Assembly (NCBI GenBank): GCA_963768655.1
Contig: CAVYIM010000005.1
Coordinates: 384,001 to 448,000 of the forward strand
Direction of reading: 5' to 3'
From: an uncultured Chloroflexia bacterium
GTDB lineage: Bacteria; Chloroflexota; Limnocylindria; Limnocylindrales; CSP1-4
Length of the DNA: 64,000 nucleotides
Each line of letters begins with the position of its first letter. Positions within the stretch are counted from its first letter, which is position 1. The notes beneath the pieces were generated by a model. It made no database searches. It had not been told where the DNA came from and saw only the letters and a program-made list of their open reading frames with translations. A program made the position numbers and the translations under genes. Below, one piece after another: positions 44,531 to 64,000 of the stretch.

Positions 44531-45145
44531 CTAGACCTTCTTCACGAGGATCAGCGCGTGGGGGGCACCGGGAACGGAACCCTTCACGAGCAGCAGGTTG
44601 CGCTCGGCGTCCGCACGGACGACCCGCAGCTTCTTGACGGTGGCGCGGGTGTCGCCCAGATGGCCGGCCATGCGCATGCCCTTGTAGACGCGGCCCGGCG
44701 TGGTGCCGGGGCCGATCGACCCGGGCGCGCGGTGGTCGTCGGAGCCGTGGGTCTTGGGGCCGCGCTTGAAGTGGTGCCGCTTGATGTGGCCGGCGAAGCC
44801 CTTGCCCTTGCTGACGCCTGTCACGTCGACGACGTCGCCGGCGGCGAAGAGGGTCACGTCGAGCTTCTGGCCGACCGTGTATGCGGCGGCGCCGGTCTCG
44901 TCGAGGCGGAACTCGCGTATGACGGAGAGCTTCGGCAGGTTCTTGAGCTGCCCTATCTCCGGTTTGGTGAGCCGGCCCGATTCCTCGATCCCGACCTGGA
45001 CGGCCGCATAGCCGTCGCGCTCGGGAGTCCGGAGGCGCGTGACGGTATTCGGCTCGACGGAGACGACGCTCACGGGGATCATCGTCCCGTCCGCCTGGAA
45101 CAACTGAGTCATGCCGACCTTGCGGCCGATCAATCCGATACTCAT
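44531..45145 (-). CDS. rplC: 50S ribosomal protein L3
   Basis: GRKVGMTQ, SKGKGFAG, HRAPGSIG, KGSVPG; ATG 45145. Confidence 0.98.
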   Translation of the reverse strand: MSIGLIGRKVGMTQLFQADGTMIPVSVVSVEPNTVTRLRTPERDGYAAVQVGIEESGRLTKPEIGQLKNLPKLSVIREFRLDETGAAAYTVGQKLDVTLFAAGDVVDVTGVSKGKGFAGHIKRHHFKRGPKTHGSDDHRAPGSIGPGTTPGRVYKGMRMAGHLGDTRATVKKLRVVRADAERNLLLVKGSVPGAPHALILVKKV

Positions 45146-45149
45146 CTGG

Positions 45150-45458
45150 CTACATCTTGATTTCGATGTCGACGCCCGCGGCAAGCGAGAGTCGCATCAG
45201 GGCGTCGACCGTCTTGGACGAGGGCTCCAGGATGTCGACGAGCCGCTTGTGAGTGCGGATCTCGAACTGCTCCCGGCTGTCCTTGTCGATGAACGGTGAG
45301 CGCAGGACGGTGAACTTCTCGATACGCGTCGGCAGCGGAACGGGACCGACGACATCCGCGCCGGTTCGCTGGGCCGTCTCCACGATCTGCGCCGCCGACT
45401 GATCGAGCAGCCGGTGGTCGTAAGCCTTGAGGCGGATTCTGATCCGCTGCCTTGCCAT
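45150..45458 (-). CDS. rpsJ: 30S ribosomal protein S10
   Basis: [29 protein letters not shown]. Confidence 0.98.
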   Translation of the reverse strand: MARQRIRIRLKAYDHRLLDQSAAQIVETAQRTGADVVGPVPLPTRIEKFTVLRSPFIDKDSREQFEIRTHKRLVDILEPSSKTVDALMRLSLAAGVDIEIKM

Positions 45459-45470
45459 CGCAGACTCCGG

Positions 45471-46667
<1,197 letters not shown>

Positions 46668-46710
46668 CGCGGTGGCTCCCTCGCTCCTGCTTTCGGGCTG
46701 GGTGGATTGG

Positions 46711-48789
<2,079 letters not shown>

Positions 48790-48818
48790 GAAGGTCTATC
48801 TCTCCTGCTGGGAACCGA

Positions 48819-49286
48819 CTACCACTTGAAATGGGTGAAGGCCCGGTTGGCCTCAGCCATCTTGTGCGTATCGTCCTTACGTTTGACCGCGGCGCCGAGG
48901 CCGTTCATGGCATCGACGAGCTCCGCGGCCAGCTTTTCCGACATGCTCTTGCCGCTGCGCTTGCGGGCCGCCTGGACGAGCCAGCGGACGCCGAGCGACA
49001 TACGGCGATCGCCGCGGATCTCGACCGGGACCTGGTAGGTGGCGCCGCCGACGCGGCGCGGTTTGACTTCGATGATGGGGGTGGCGTTGCGCATGGCCGA
49101 CTCGAGCACCTCGATGCCGGGCCGCCGAGCCTGCGCCTCGGCGCGGGCCAGGGCCTCGCGCAGGATTCGCTCGGAGAGGTGGCGCTTGCCGTCCGTCATC
49201 AGCTTGGTCGCGAAACGGCCGCTGAGTCGGGTCGTGGGGACGCCCTGATACTTGGTCTTGCGGGCAGTGGTGTGACGACGCGGCAT
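48819..49286 (-). CDS. rpsG: 30S ribosomal protein S7
   Basis: RRVGGATYQVP, HKMAEANRAF; divergent N-terminus. Confidence 0.97.
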   Translation of the reverse strand: MPRRHTTARKTKYQGVPTTRLSGRFATKLMTDGKRHLSERILREALARAEAQARRPGIEVLESAMRNATPIIEVKPRRVGGATYQVPVEIRGDRRMSLGVRWLVQAARKRSGKSMSEKLAAELVDAMNGLGAAVKRKDDTHKMAEANRAFTHFKW

Positions 49287-49288
49287 CG

Positions 49289-49717
49289 CTATTTCTTGCC
49301 CTTCTGCTGGGCGGCCTTCGCGCCGTACTTGGAGCGGCCCTGCTTGCGGTCGCGGACCCCGGCGGCATCGAGGGTGCCACGGATGATGTGGTACTTGACC
49401 GACGGCAGGTCCTTCACGCGGCCACCGCGGACGAGCACGACCGAGTGCTCCTGGAGGTTGTGGCCGATCCCGGGGATGTAGGCCGTGACCTCCATCTGGT
49501 TCGTGAGCCGGACGCGGGCGATCTTGCGAAGGGCCGAGTTCGGCTTCTTCGGCGTCATCGTGCGCACTTGCAGGCAGACGCCGCGCTTCTGCGGTGCACC
49601 GGGAATGGGCACCTGTCGCTGGCGCAGGCTGTTCCAGTTCTTGCGCATGGCCGGTGCCTTGATCTTCGAGATCTTCGGCTGGCGGCCATGCCGCACGAGC
49701 TGGCTGATCGTCGGCAC
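49289..49717 (-). CDS. rpsL: 30S ribosomal protein S12
   Basis: [31 protein letters not shown]; GTG 49717 with AAGGAG RBS. Confidence 0.98.
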   Translation of the reverse strand: MPTISQLVRHGRQPKISKIKAPAMRKNWNSLRQRQVPIPGAPQKRGVCLQVRTMTPKKPNSALRKIARVRLTNQMEVTAYIPGIGHNLQEHSVVLVRGGRVKDLPSVKYHIIRGTLDAAGVRDRKQGRSKYGAKAAQQKGKK

Positions 49718-50060
49718 GGAGACGCTGCTCCTTTCGTTCCTGGCAGTAGGTGTTGACGATGGTTTCCCGCGATCGCGACGCCGACGCGGGCTTTCGAGGC
49801 CGGGCTTGTCCCGGGCTCGGGTCCGATCGACGGGACTCTGCGCTGCCGCGGTGGCCTCCGCCGTCCGATGGGCCGCCGCAGCGGCACCCGTCGGGACATG
49901 GAGGCGATCTGTCAGGCGCGGATCGCTTCGATGTTCAGGCGGTCCGTTACTCCCCGGCCTGGGCAGGCCTGGCAGCGCGTTTTCCGCCATCCGGTTGGCC
50001 TTCTCGGAACTCGCGATCGGCGCACGCCGACCGCGGCCTCCGGTGAAGCCACGAGGGCGG

Positions 50061-50090
50061 AGTCTATCAGCAGCCAACCGAGAGTGTCAA
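50061..50090 (-). promoter_or_regulatory. Sigma70-type promoter for the str operon
   Basis: TTGACA-N18-TAGACT, with TG of an extended -10, on the minus strand. Confidence 0.7.
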
Positions 50091-50157
50091 ACCTCCGGAG
50101 GCGCCGCGGACTCGCTCCGCTCCCCTATTCCGAGGCAGTCGCCGAGAGGTTCGGCGG

Positions 50158-54648
<4,491 letters not shown>

Positions 54649-54752
54649 TCCTCTCCTCCACGCCGCCGCCTGGCTCGGCTGCGTAGTTCGGACCGTGGAT
54701 CGGCGACGCCTGGCTGGCCGGGCTCAGGCGCCGCGTGATGCTTGCAGTTGGA

Positions 54753-58202
<3,450 letters not shown>

Positions 58203-58254
58203 GAACCGCTCCTTGACGGAGGAGAAAGGGAAGGGCCGCGCTCACAGAAGGAGT

Positions 58255-58282
58255 AGGATACCGCGATTCCCGCCGGTGTCAA
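58255..58282 (-). promoter_or_regulatory. Sigma70-type promoter for rpoBC
   Basis: TTGACA-N16-TATCCT on the minus strand, about 50 nt upstream of rpoB. Confidence 0.6.
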
Positions 58283-58386
58283 ACGGGCGCGCCAGAAGAA
58301 CCCCAGACTTCGTCCCGGCCGACGCAACGGCAATCGTGGATTTCGGCCCGGTGGGGCAGTTGCCCGCCCCGCCGTCCGAACCAAGA

Positions 58387-58779
<393 letters not shown>

Positions 58780-58849
58780 TTGATCAGTCACTCCTCGTGG
58801 GCGTGGGGCCACGTTAGCCCCTGGCGAGTTGGTCTCGATAGGGCGCCGA

Positions 58850-59369
58850 TCAGGCGCTTTGTCTGTCGGCGAGGGCCTGCACCAGGCCGGAGATCTCCCG
58901 CAGCGGGGCGTCGAACAGGCCGGCCATGGTGGCCAGCGGCGCGGCGAGCGCGCCGGCGACCTGGGCGAGGACGACTTCCCGGCTGGGCAGGCTGCGAGAG
59001 CCGCATGACCCCGTCGGCGTCGATGACGCGAGTCCCGAGAACGGCGCCCGTGATCTTGACCACGCGGTACGGTCGCACCGCGTCGAGGACTGCCCTGGCG
59101 GCAGCGGCCTCATCGCCACGAGCGAAGGCCACTGCCGTTGGACCCTCGAGGAGGAGACCAAGGGTCTCCGCCCCGGCGTCGCGGGCAGCGATCTTCATCA
59201 GCCGGTTCTTGACGACGTGGTATGTGACGTTCTGCTTGCGCAGGGATCGGCGGATCTCACCGATCTCGGAAACCTTGAGGCCGCGGTATTCGGAGACGAT
59301 CATCGCCGTGCTGCCCCGAGCTTCCTCGGTGAGCGCCGCGACGGTCTCGCGCTTGGCCTCGGTAGGCAT
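58850..59369 (-). CDS. rplJ: 50S ribosomal protein L10 (one +1 frameshift near 58994)
   Basis: EYRGLKV, VVKNRL, GPTAVAF; canonical C-terminus [13 protein letters not shown] in a second frame ending at 58850. Confidence 0.93.
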
Positions 59370-59412
59370 GGGTACCTCCTGGAGTCAATGGCCGACGCTC
59401 GGCCGGCTCATG

Positions 59413-59485
59413 GCTGCGTTGCCTGCTGCGTTCCTCACTCGCGCACGTCCAAGTGCGCTCGTTCCGGTACTCGCAGGCGCCTTGC
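59413..59485 (-). repeat. Structured intergenic element (rplJ leader)
   Basis: Reverse complement GCAAGGCG CCTGC...GGAACGAG CGCAC-ttggac-GTGCG CGAGTGAGG...GCAGG CAACGCAGC. Confidence 0.8.
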
Positions 59486-59588
59486 TCTGGGCTCGGCGGA
59501 GCGTCGGATTCTCAGCTCCTGATTGGTTCTGCGGCGCGCAGCCGGCGCGCGGCGGTGGGCCGGTCGGGTCCGCGAACGCGGCACCGAC

Positions 59589-59626
59589 CAAAACGCCCCT
59601 GCGACGGCTCATCGCCACAGGGGCGC
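59589..59626 (-). terminator. Candidate intrinsic terminator/attenuator in the rplA-rplJ spacer
   Basis: GCGCCCCTGTGGCG-atgagc-CGTCGCAGGGGCGT followed by TTT. Confidence 0.5.
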
Positions 59627-59898
59627 TCCCACCCACGCGGATGGAGGCTTGGTCCCTGCCTCGGCGTGCCCGCCGGCGTCTCGGCCGGCGAATTGAGTCG
59701 GGAGCCGCGACCTCGGCCGATCTCTCGGCCGGTGCCACGGCGCGACGACGCATGCTGTCTGCGGCGGTCCGTCGTATTCGGTTAGTGGCGGCCGGCGCCG
59801 GTCCGGCGCCTTGTCGCCTGGCGAGGTCCACGTCGCCGCGGCCTCGCCTCATATGTTGGCGGCTCGACCCTCGGGTCGGCCACGGCTGCCATCGCGGC

Positions 59899-60609
59899 CT
59901 AGGAGGCCGAGGCGATGGCGAGAACGGCCGGGATGTCGACCCGGATGCCGGGGCCCATGGTCGGTACGATCGTGAGCGTCCGGAGGTACTGGCCCTTGGC
60001 GCCGCTCGGGCGGGCACGGTTGATGGCGTCGACCAGGGTCGCCAGGTTCTCGACCAGCTGCTGGCTCTCGAAGCTCGCCTTGCCGAACGGGACGTGGATG
60101 ATGCCGCCCTTGTCCACCTTGAACTCGACGCGGCCGGCCTTGACTTCCTTGATGGCGCGCTCGAGATCGAACGTGATCGTGCCCGACTTCGGGTTCGGCA
60201 TGAGGCCTTTGCGACCGAGGATGCGGCCCAGCTTGCCGACCATGCCCATCACGTCCGGGGCGGCCAGGGCGACGTCGAAGTCCGTCCAGCCGGCCTCGAT
60301 CTTCTTCACCAGGTCGTCGGCGCCGACCTCGTCCGCGCCGGCGCGCAGCGCCTCGAGGGCTTTCTCGCCCTGGGCGAAGACCACGACGCGAATCTTCTTG
60401 CCGGTGCCGTGGGGCAGGACGACGGTGCCGCGGACCATCTGGTCGGCGTGGCGGGGGTCAACCCCGAGGCGGAGGTGCGCCTCGACGCTGGCGTCGAAAG
60501 ACACATAGCTGGTCTTGCGGGCAAGCTCGGCGGCCTCGGGCGGTGCGTAGAGCTTGGTGCGGTCGACTAGCTTCGCCGCCTCCTGATACTTCTTGCCGTG
60601 GTCTGCCAT
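59899..60609 (-). CDS. rplA: 50S ribosomal protein L1
   Basis: [33 protein letters not shown]; ATG 60609. Confidence 0.98.
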   Translation of the reverse strand: MADHGKKYQEAAKLVDRTKLYAPPEAAELARKTSYVSFDASVEAHLRLGVDPRHADQMVRGTVVLPHGTGKKIRVVVFAQGEKALEALRAGADEVGADDLVKKIEAGWTDFDVALAAPDVMGMVGKLGRILGRKGLMPNPKSGTITFDLERAIKEVKAGRVEFKVDKGGIIHVPFGKASFESQQLVENLATLVDAINRARPSGAKGQYLRTLTIVPTMGPGIRVDIPAVLAIASAS

Positions 60610-60623
60610 TTCGGTCTCCTTGT

Positions 60624-60675
60624 GCGGCCCCCGGTCACCCGGTTCAGCCTCCCCCGTTTCGTGGGGTCTCCCGCC
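60624..60675 (-). promoter_or_regulatory. Putative L1-binding leader upstream of rplA
   Basis: GCGG-GAGA-CCCC...GGGG-CCGC bulged stem just 5' of the AAGGAG RBS; resembles L1 autoregulatory sites. Confidence 0.4.
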
Positions 60676-60742
60676 GGTCAATCGACCGGATGGCTGGCAT
60701 GTGCAGATCTACCACCACTCATCTGGACTGCCTTCCGGCAGT

Positions 60743-61168
60743 TCAGCCGTCGACCTCGATGCCCATGCTGCGGGCGGTTCCTTCGACCTGGGCCATTGCG
60801 CCGGCGATGTCTGTGGCGTTGAGGTCCGGCATCTTGATAGTGGCGATCTCGCGGATCTGGTCGCGGGTCACTTTGCCGACGGTCTCACGCCCGGCGGTGC
60901 CGGTCCCCTTCTGGATTCCTGCGGCCTTGCGGAGAAGGTCCGCTGCCGGCGGAGTCTTGAGGACGAAGGTGAACGAGCGATCCTCGAAGATCGTGATCTG
61001 GGCCGGGATCACCTGGCCGACCTTGTCGGCGGTCTTCTCGTTGTACGACTTGGTGAACTCGACGATGTTGATGCCGTGAGGGCCAAGCGCCGTGCCGACG
61101 GGCGGCGCCGGCGTCGCCTTGCCGGCGTTCAGTTGGAGCGTGAGGACGATGCGGATCTTCTTGGCCAC
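60743..61168 (-). CDS. rplK: 50S ribosomal protein L11
   Basis: [28 protein letters not shown]. Confidence 0.98.
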   Translation of the reverse strand: MAKKIRIVLTLQLNAGKATPAPPVGTALGPHGINIVEFTKSYNEKTADKVGQVIPAQITIFEDRSFTFVLKTPPAADLLRKAAGIQKGTGTAGRETVGKVTRDQIREIATIKMPDLNATDIAGAMAQVEGTARSMGIEVDG

Positions 61169-61225
61169 GAGGGTCGCGATTCCTTTCTAGAACAGGCTTG
61201 ATGAGCGCCGGTCCGGGCGTGTCCA

Positions 61226-61300
61226 GGCCAAGGCGGAGCCGAGCCCATGAGCGAGCGCACACCGGTGCGTCAGCGAAGGCGCGGAGGCGACGACGCCGGC
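61226..61300 (+). repeat. Structured intergenic element (nusG-rplK spacer)
   Basis: CAAGGCGGAGCCGAGC...GAGCGAG CGCAC-accg-GTGCG...AAGGCGCGGAGGCGACGAC; the last 19 nt match the 122 bp repeat unit exactly. Confidence 0.78.
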
Positions 61301-61320
61301 AAAGGCCGACCGGTCGGTGC

Positions 61321-61899
61321 TCACAGCTTCTCGACCTGGAGGAAGTCCAGCTCGACCGGGGTTTCGCGGCCGAAGATGCTGACCAGCACCTTGACTTTGT
61401 TCCGCTCCGGGTTGACCTCGTCGACCGTGCCGATGAACTCGGCGAACGGCCCGTCGGTAACCCGAACGTTCTGACCCTTCGTGAAGGCGACCCGGTAGCG
61501 CGGCGTTTCCACGCCCATCTGCCGGAGGATCTGCTTGACCTCCTGCTCATCAAGCGGGATCGGCTCGCTCCGGACGCCTGGAATGTTGCCCCCACCTACG
61601 AAGCTGGTGACCCCGGGCGTGTTACGCACGACGTACCAGGAGTCCGGGTCGAGGATCATCTCCACGAGGACGTAGCCTGGATACACCTTCTTCTGGACGG
61701 TGTGGCGCTGGCCCTGGCGGATCTCGATCTCGTCTTCCATCGGCACGAGCACCTGGAAGATCCTGTCGTCCATGCCCATCGATTCGATTCGATGCTCGAG
61801 GTTCGCTTTGACCTTGTTCTCGTAGCCCGAGTAGGTGTGGATCACGTACCAGCGCTTCTCGGGCGGCCGAACGGCCTCGCCAGCCTGCTCCGTCTTCAT
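61321..61899 (-). CDS. nusG: Transcription termination/antitermination factor NusG
   Basis: [43 protein letters not shown]; ATG 61899. Confidence 0.98.
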   Translation of the reverse strand: MKTEQAGEAVRPPEKRWYVIHTYSGYENKVKANLEHRIESMGMDDRIFQVLVPMEDEIEIRQGQRHTVQKKVYPGYVLVEMILDPDSWYVVRNTPGVTSFVGGGNIPGVRSEPIPLDEQEVKQILRQMGVETPRYRVAFTKGQNVRVTDGPFAEFIGTVDEVNPERNKVKVLVSIFGRETPVELDFLQVEKL

Positions 61900-61907
61900 G
61901 ACTGAAA

Positions 61908-62093
61908 TCACCCGCCGCTGATGCGCGTGGCGATCGCGCCGAAGATGATGTCGAAGAAGGCGATGTACACACCGACGACGAAGCTCACGGCCAGCACCAG
62001 AACGGTGAGGTTGCGAGCCTGCTCGGGTGTCGGCCAGTTCACCTTTTTCAGTTCTTGCCACGCTTCTGCGAAGAAGCGGCGGATCCGTGACAC
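61908..62093 (-). CDS. secE: Preprotein translocase SecE
   Basis: ELKKVNWPT plus one TM helix; GTG 62093. Confidence 0.95.
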   Translation of the reverse strand: MSRIRRFFAEAWQELKKVNWPTPEQARNLTVLVLAVSFVVGVYIAFFDIIFGAIATRISGG

Positions 62094-62126
62094 GGGCTGC
62101 TCTCTAACTGGTGGATCTGACGAAGC

Positions 62127-62202
62127 TGGCAGGCGCCGCGGGACTCGAACCCACAACCCCTGGTTTTGGAGACCAGTGCTCTGCCAATTGAGCTAGGCGC
62201 CT
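62127..62202 (-). tRNA. tRNA-Trp (CCA)
   Basis: AGGCGCC acceptor stem, anticodon loop CTCCAAA, GGTTCGAGTCC, encoded CCA. Confidence 0.97.
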
Positions 62203-62213
62203 GCGATATCCGC

Positions 62214-62378
62214 TTACTTTGCCTCGCGGTGCAGGGTGTGCCGGCGCTCGCGCGGGCAGTACTTGCGGAGCTCGAGCCTGCCGGGATCGTTCTTCTTGTT
62301 CTTGCGCGTCGTGTAGGTCCGAACCTTGCACTCCGTGCACGCCAGCTGAATGATCGGCCGGGCGTCTACTTTGGCCAT
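62214..62378 (-). CDS. rpmG: 50S ribosomal protein L33
   Basis: Manual translation: [54 protein letters not shown]. Confidence 0.96.
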   Translation of the reverse strand: MAKVDARPIIQLACTECKVRTYTTRKNKKNDPGRLELRKYCPRERRHTLHREAK

Positions 62379-62384
62379 GGCGGG

Positions 62385-63581
<1,197 letters not shown>

Positions 63582-63627
63582 CGCGGCGTTCTACTCCATC
63601 TGGCGCGGCCTGCGCCGCTAACGGGTG

Positions 63628-63703
63628 TGGAGCCCACAATCGGACTTGAACCGATGACCTCGTCCTTACCAAGGACGCGCTCTGCCAGCTGAGCTATGTG
63701 GGC
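63628..63703 (-). tRNA. tRNA-Thr (GGT)
   Basis: GCCCACA stem, anticodon loop TTGGTAA, GGTTCAAGTCC, CCA end. Confidence 0.96.
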
Positions 63704-63734
63704 CCGAGACCGATGCTGAGCCTCTCCGAGGGAG

Positions 63735-63819
63735 TGGTGGGCAGGAGAGGAATCGAACCTCTACAGCCGAAGGCGGCTGATTTACAGTCAGCTGAGCTCA
63801 CCACCTGCTCAACCTACCC
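63735..63819 (-). tRNA. tRNA-Tyr (GTA)
   Basis: Anticodon loop CTGTAAA, long variable arm GCCTTCGGC, GGTTCGATTCC, CCA end. Confidence 0.96.
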
Positions 63820-63878
63820 ACGAGACCTGTCAATCGGTAGCGGTGGGTCGCCCCGTTTGCCGGTTGACCTTTTTCAGT

Positions 63879-63954
63879 TGGAGCCGACGACGGGACTCGA
63901 ACCCGGAACCGGCGGTTTACAAAACCGCTGCTCTACCAATTGAGCTACGTCGGC
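63879..63954 (-). tRNA. tRNA-Thr (TGT)
   Basis: GCCGACG stem, anticodon loop TTTGTAA, GGTTCGAGTCC, CCA end. Confidence 0.96.
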
Positions 63955-64000
63955 AGGCGCAAGGGCACGCTAACGCTAAGGCCCCGGGCGCCCGCGAATG

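Noticed and set aside
63628-63954. Integrated element or att site at the tRNA cluster
   Set aside because: No duplicated tRNA 3' end or integrase within the window.

Overview
A high-GC (about 70%) bacterial chromosomal window, most consistent with Chloroflexota (a Limnocylindria-like lineage; this is inferred from gene content and protein signatures). About 36 kb (28-64 kb) is the core translation/transcription supercluster, all on the minus strand: tRNAs-tuf-rpmG-secE-nusG-rplKAJL-rpoBC-str-S10-spc-alpha-truA-rplM-rpsI. The left part is a housekeeping and cell-envelope region: cdaA-cdaR-glmM-glmS-acpS-nnrD-alr, tsaEB-rimI-tsaD-rsmA-ispE-ridA-glmU-CNNM, plus a prenyl synthase, recO and glyQS. 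Four things stand out. (1) Between alr and tsaE lies an uncharacterised module: a small helical protein, a GlmL-like actin-fold protein with degenerate motifs, a barrel-hybrid/KOW-like protein and an orphan Imm52-like protein. No B12 mutase lies in the window. (2) A dispersed family of 75-90 nt structured elements with covarying stems sits in the spacers of ribosomal-protein operons in both orientations; one copy is amplified into a 3 x 122 bp tandem array. (3) A recurring leaderless-gene architecture places a -10 box exactly 6 nt before the start codon. (4) Three single-base +1 frameshifts (tsaB, the hybrid-motif gene, rplJ) are most likely assembly errors. No CRISPR array, transposase, integrase or rRNA was seen.
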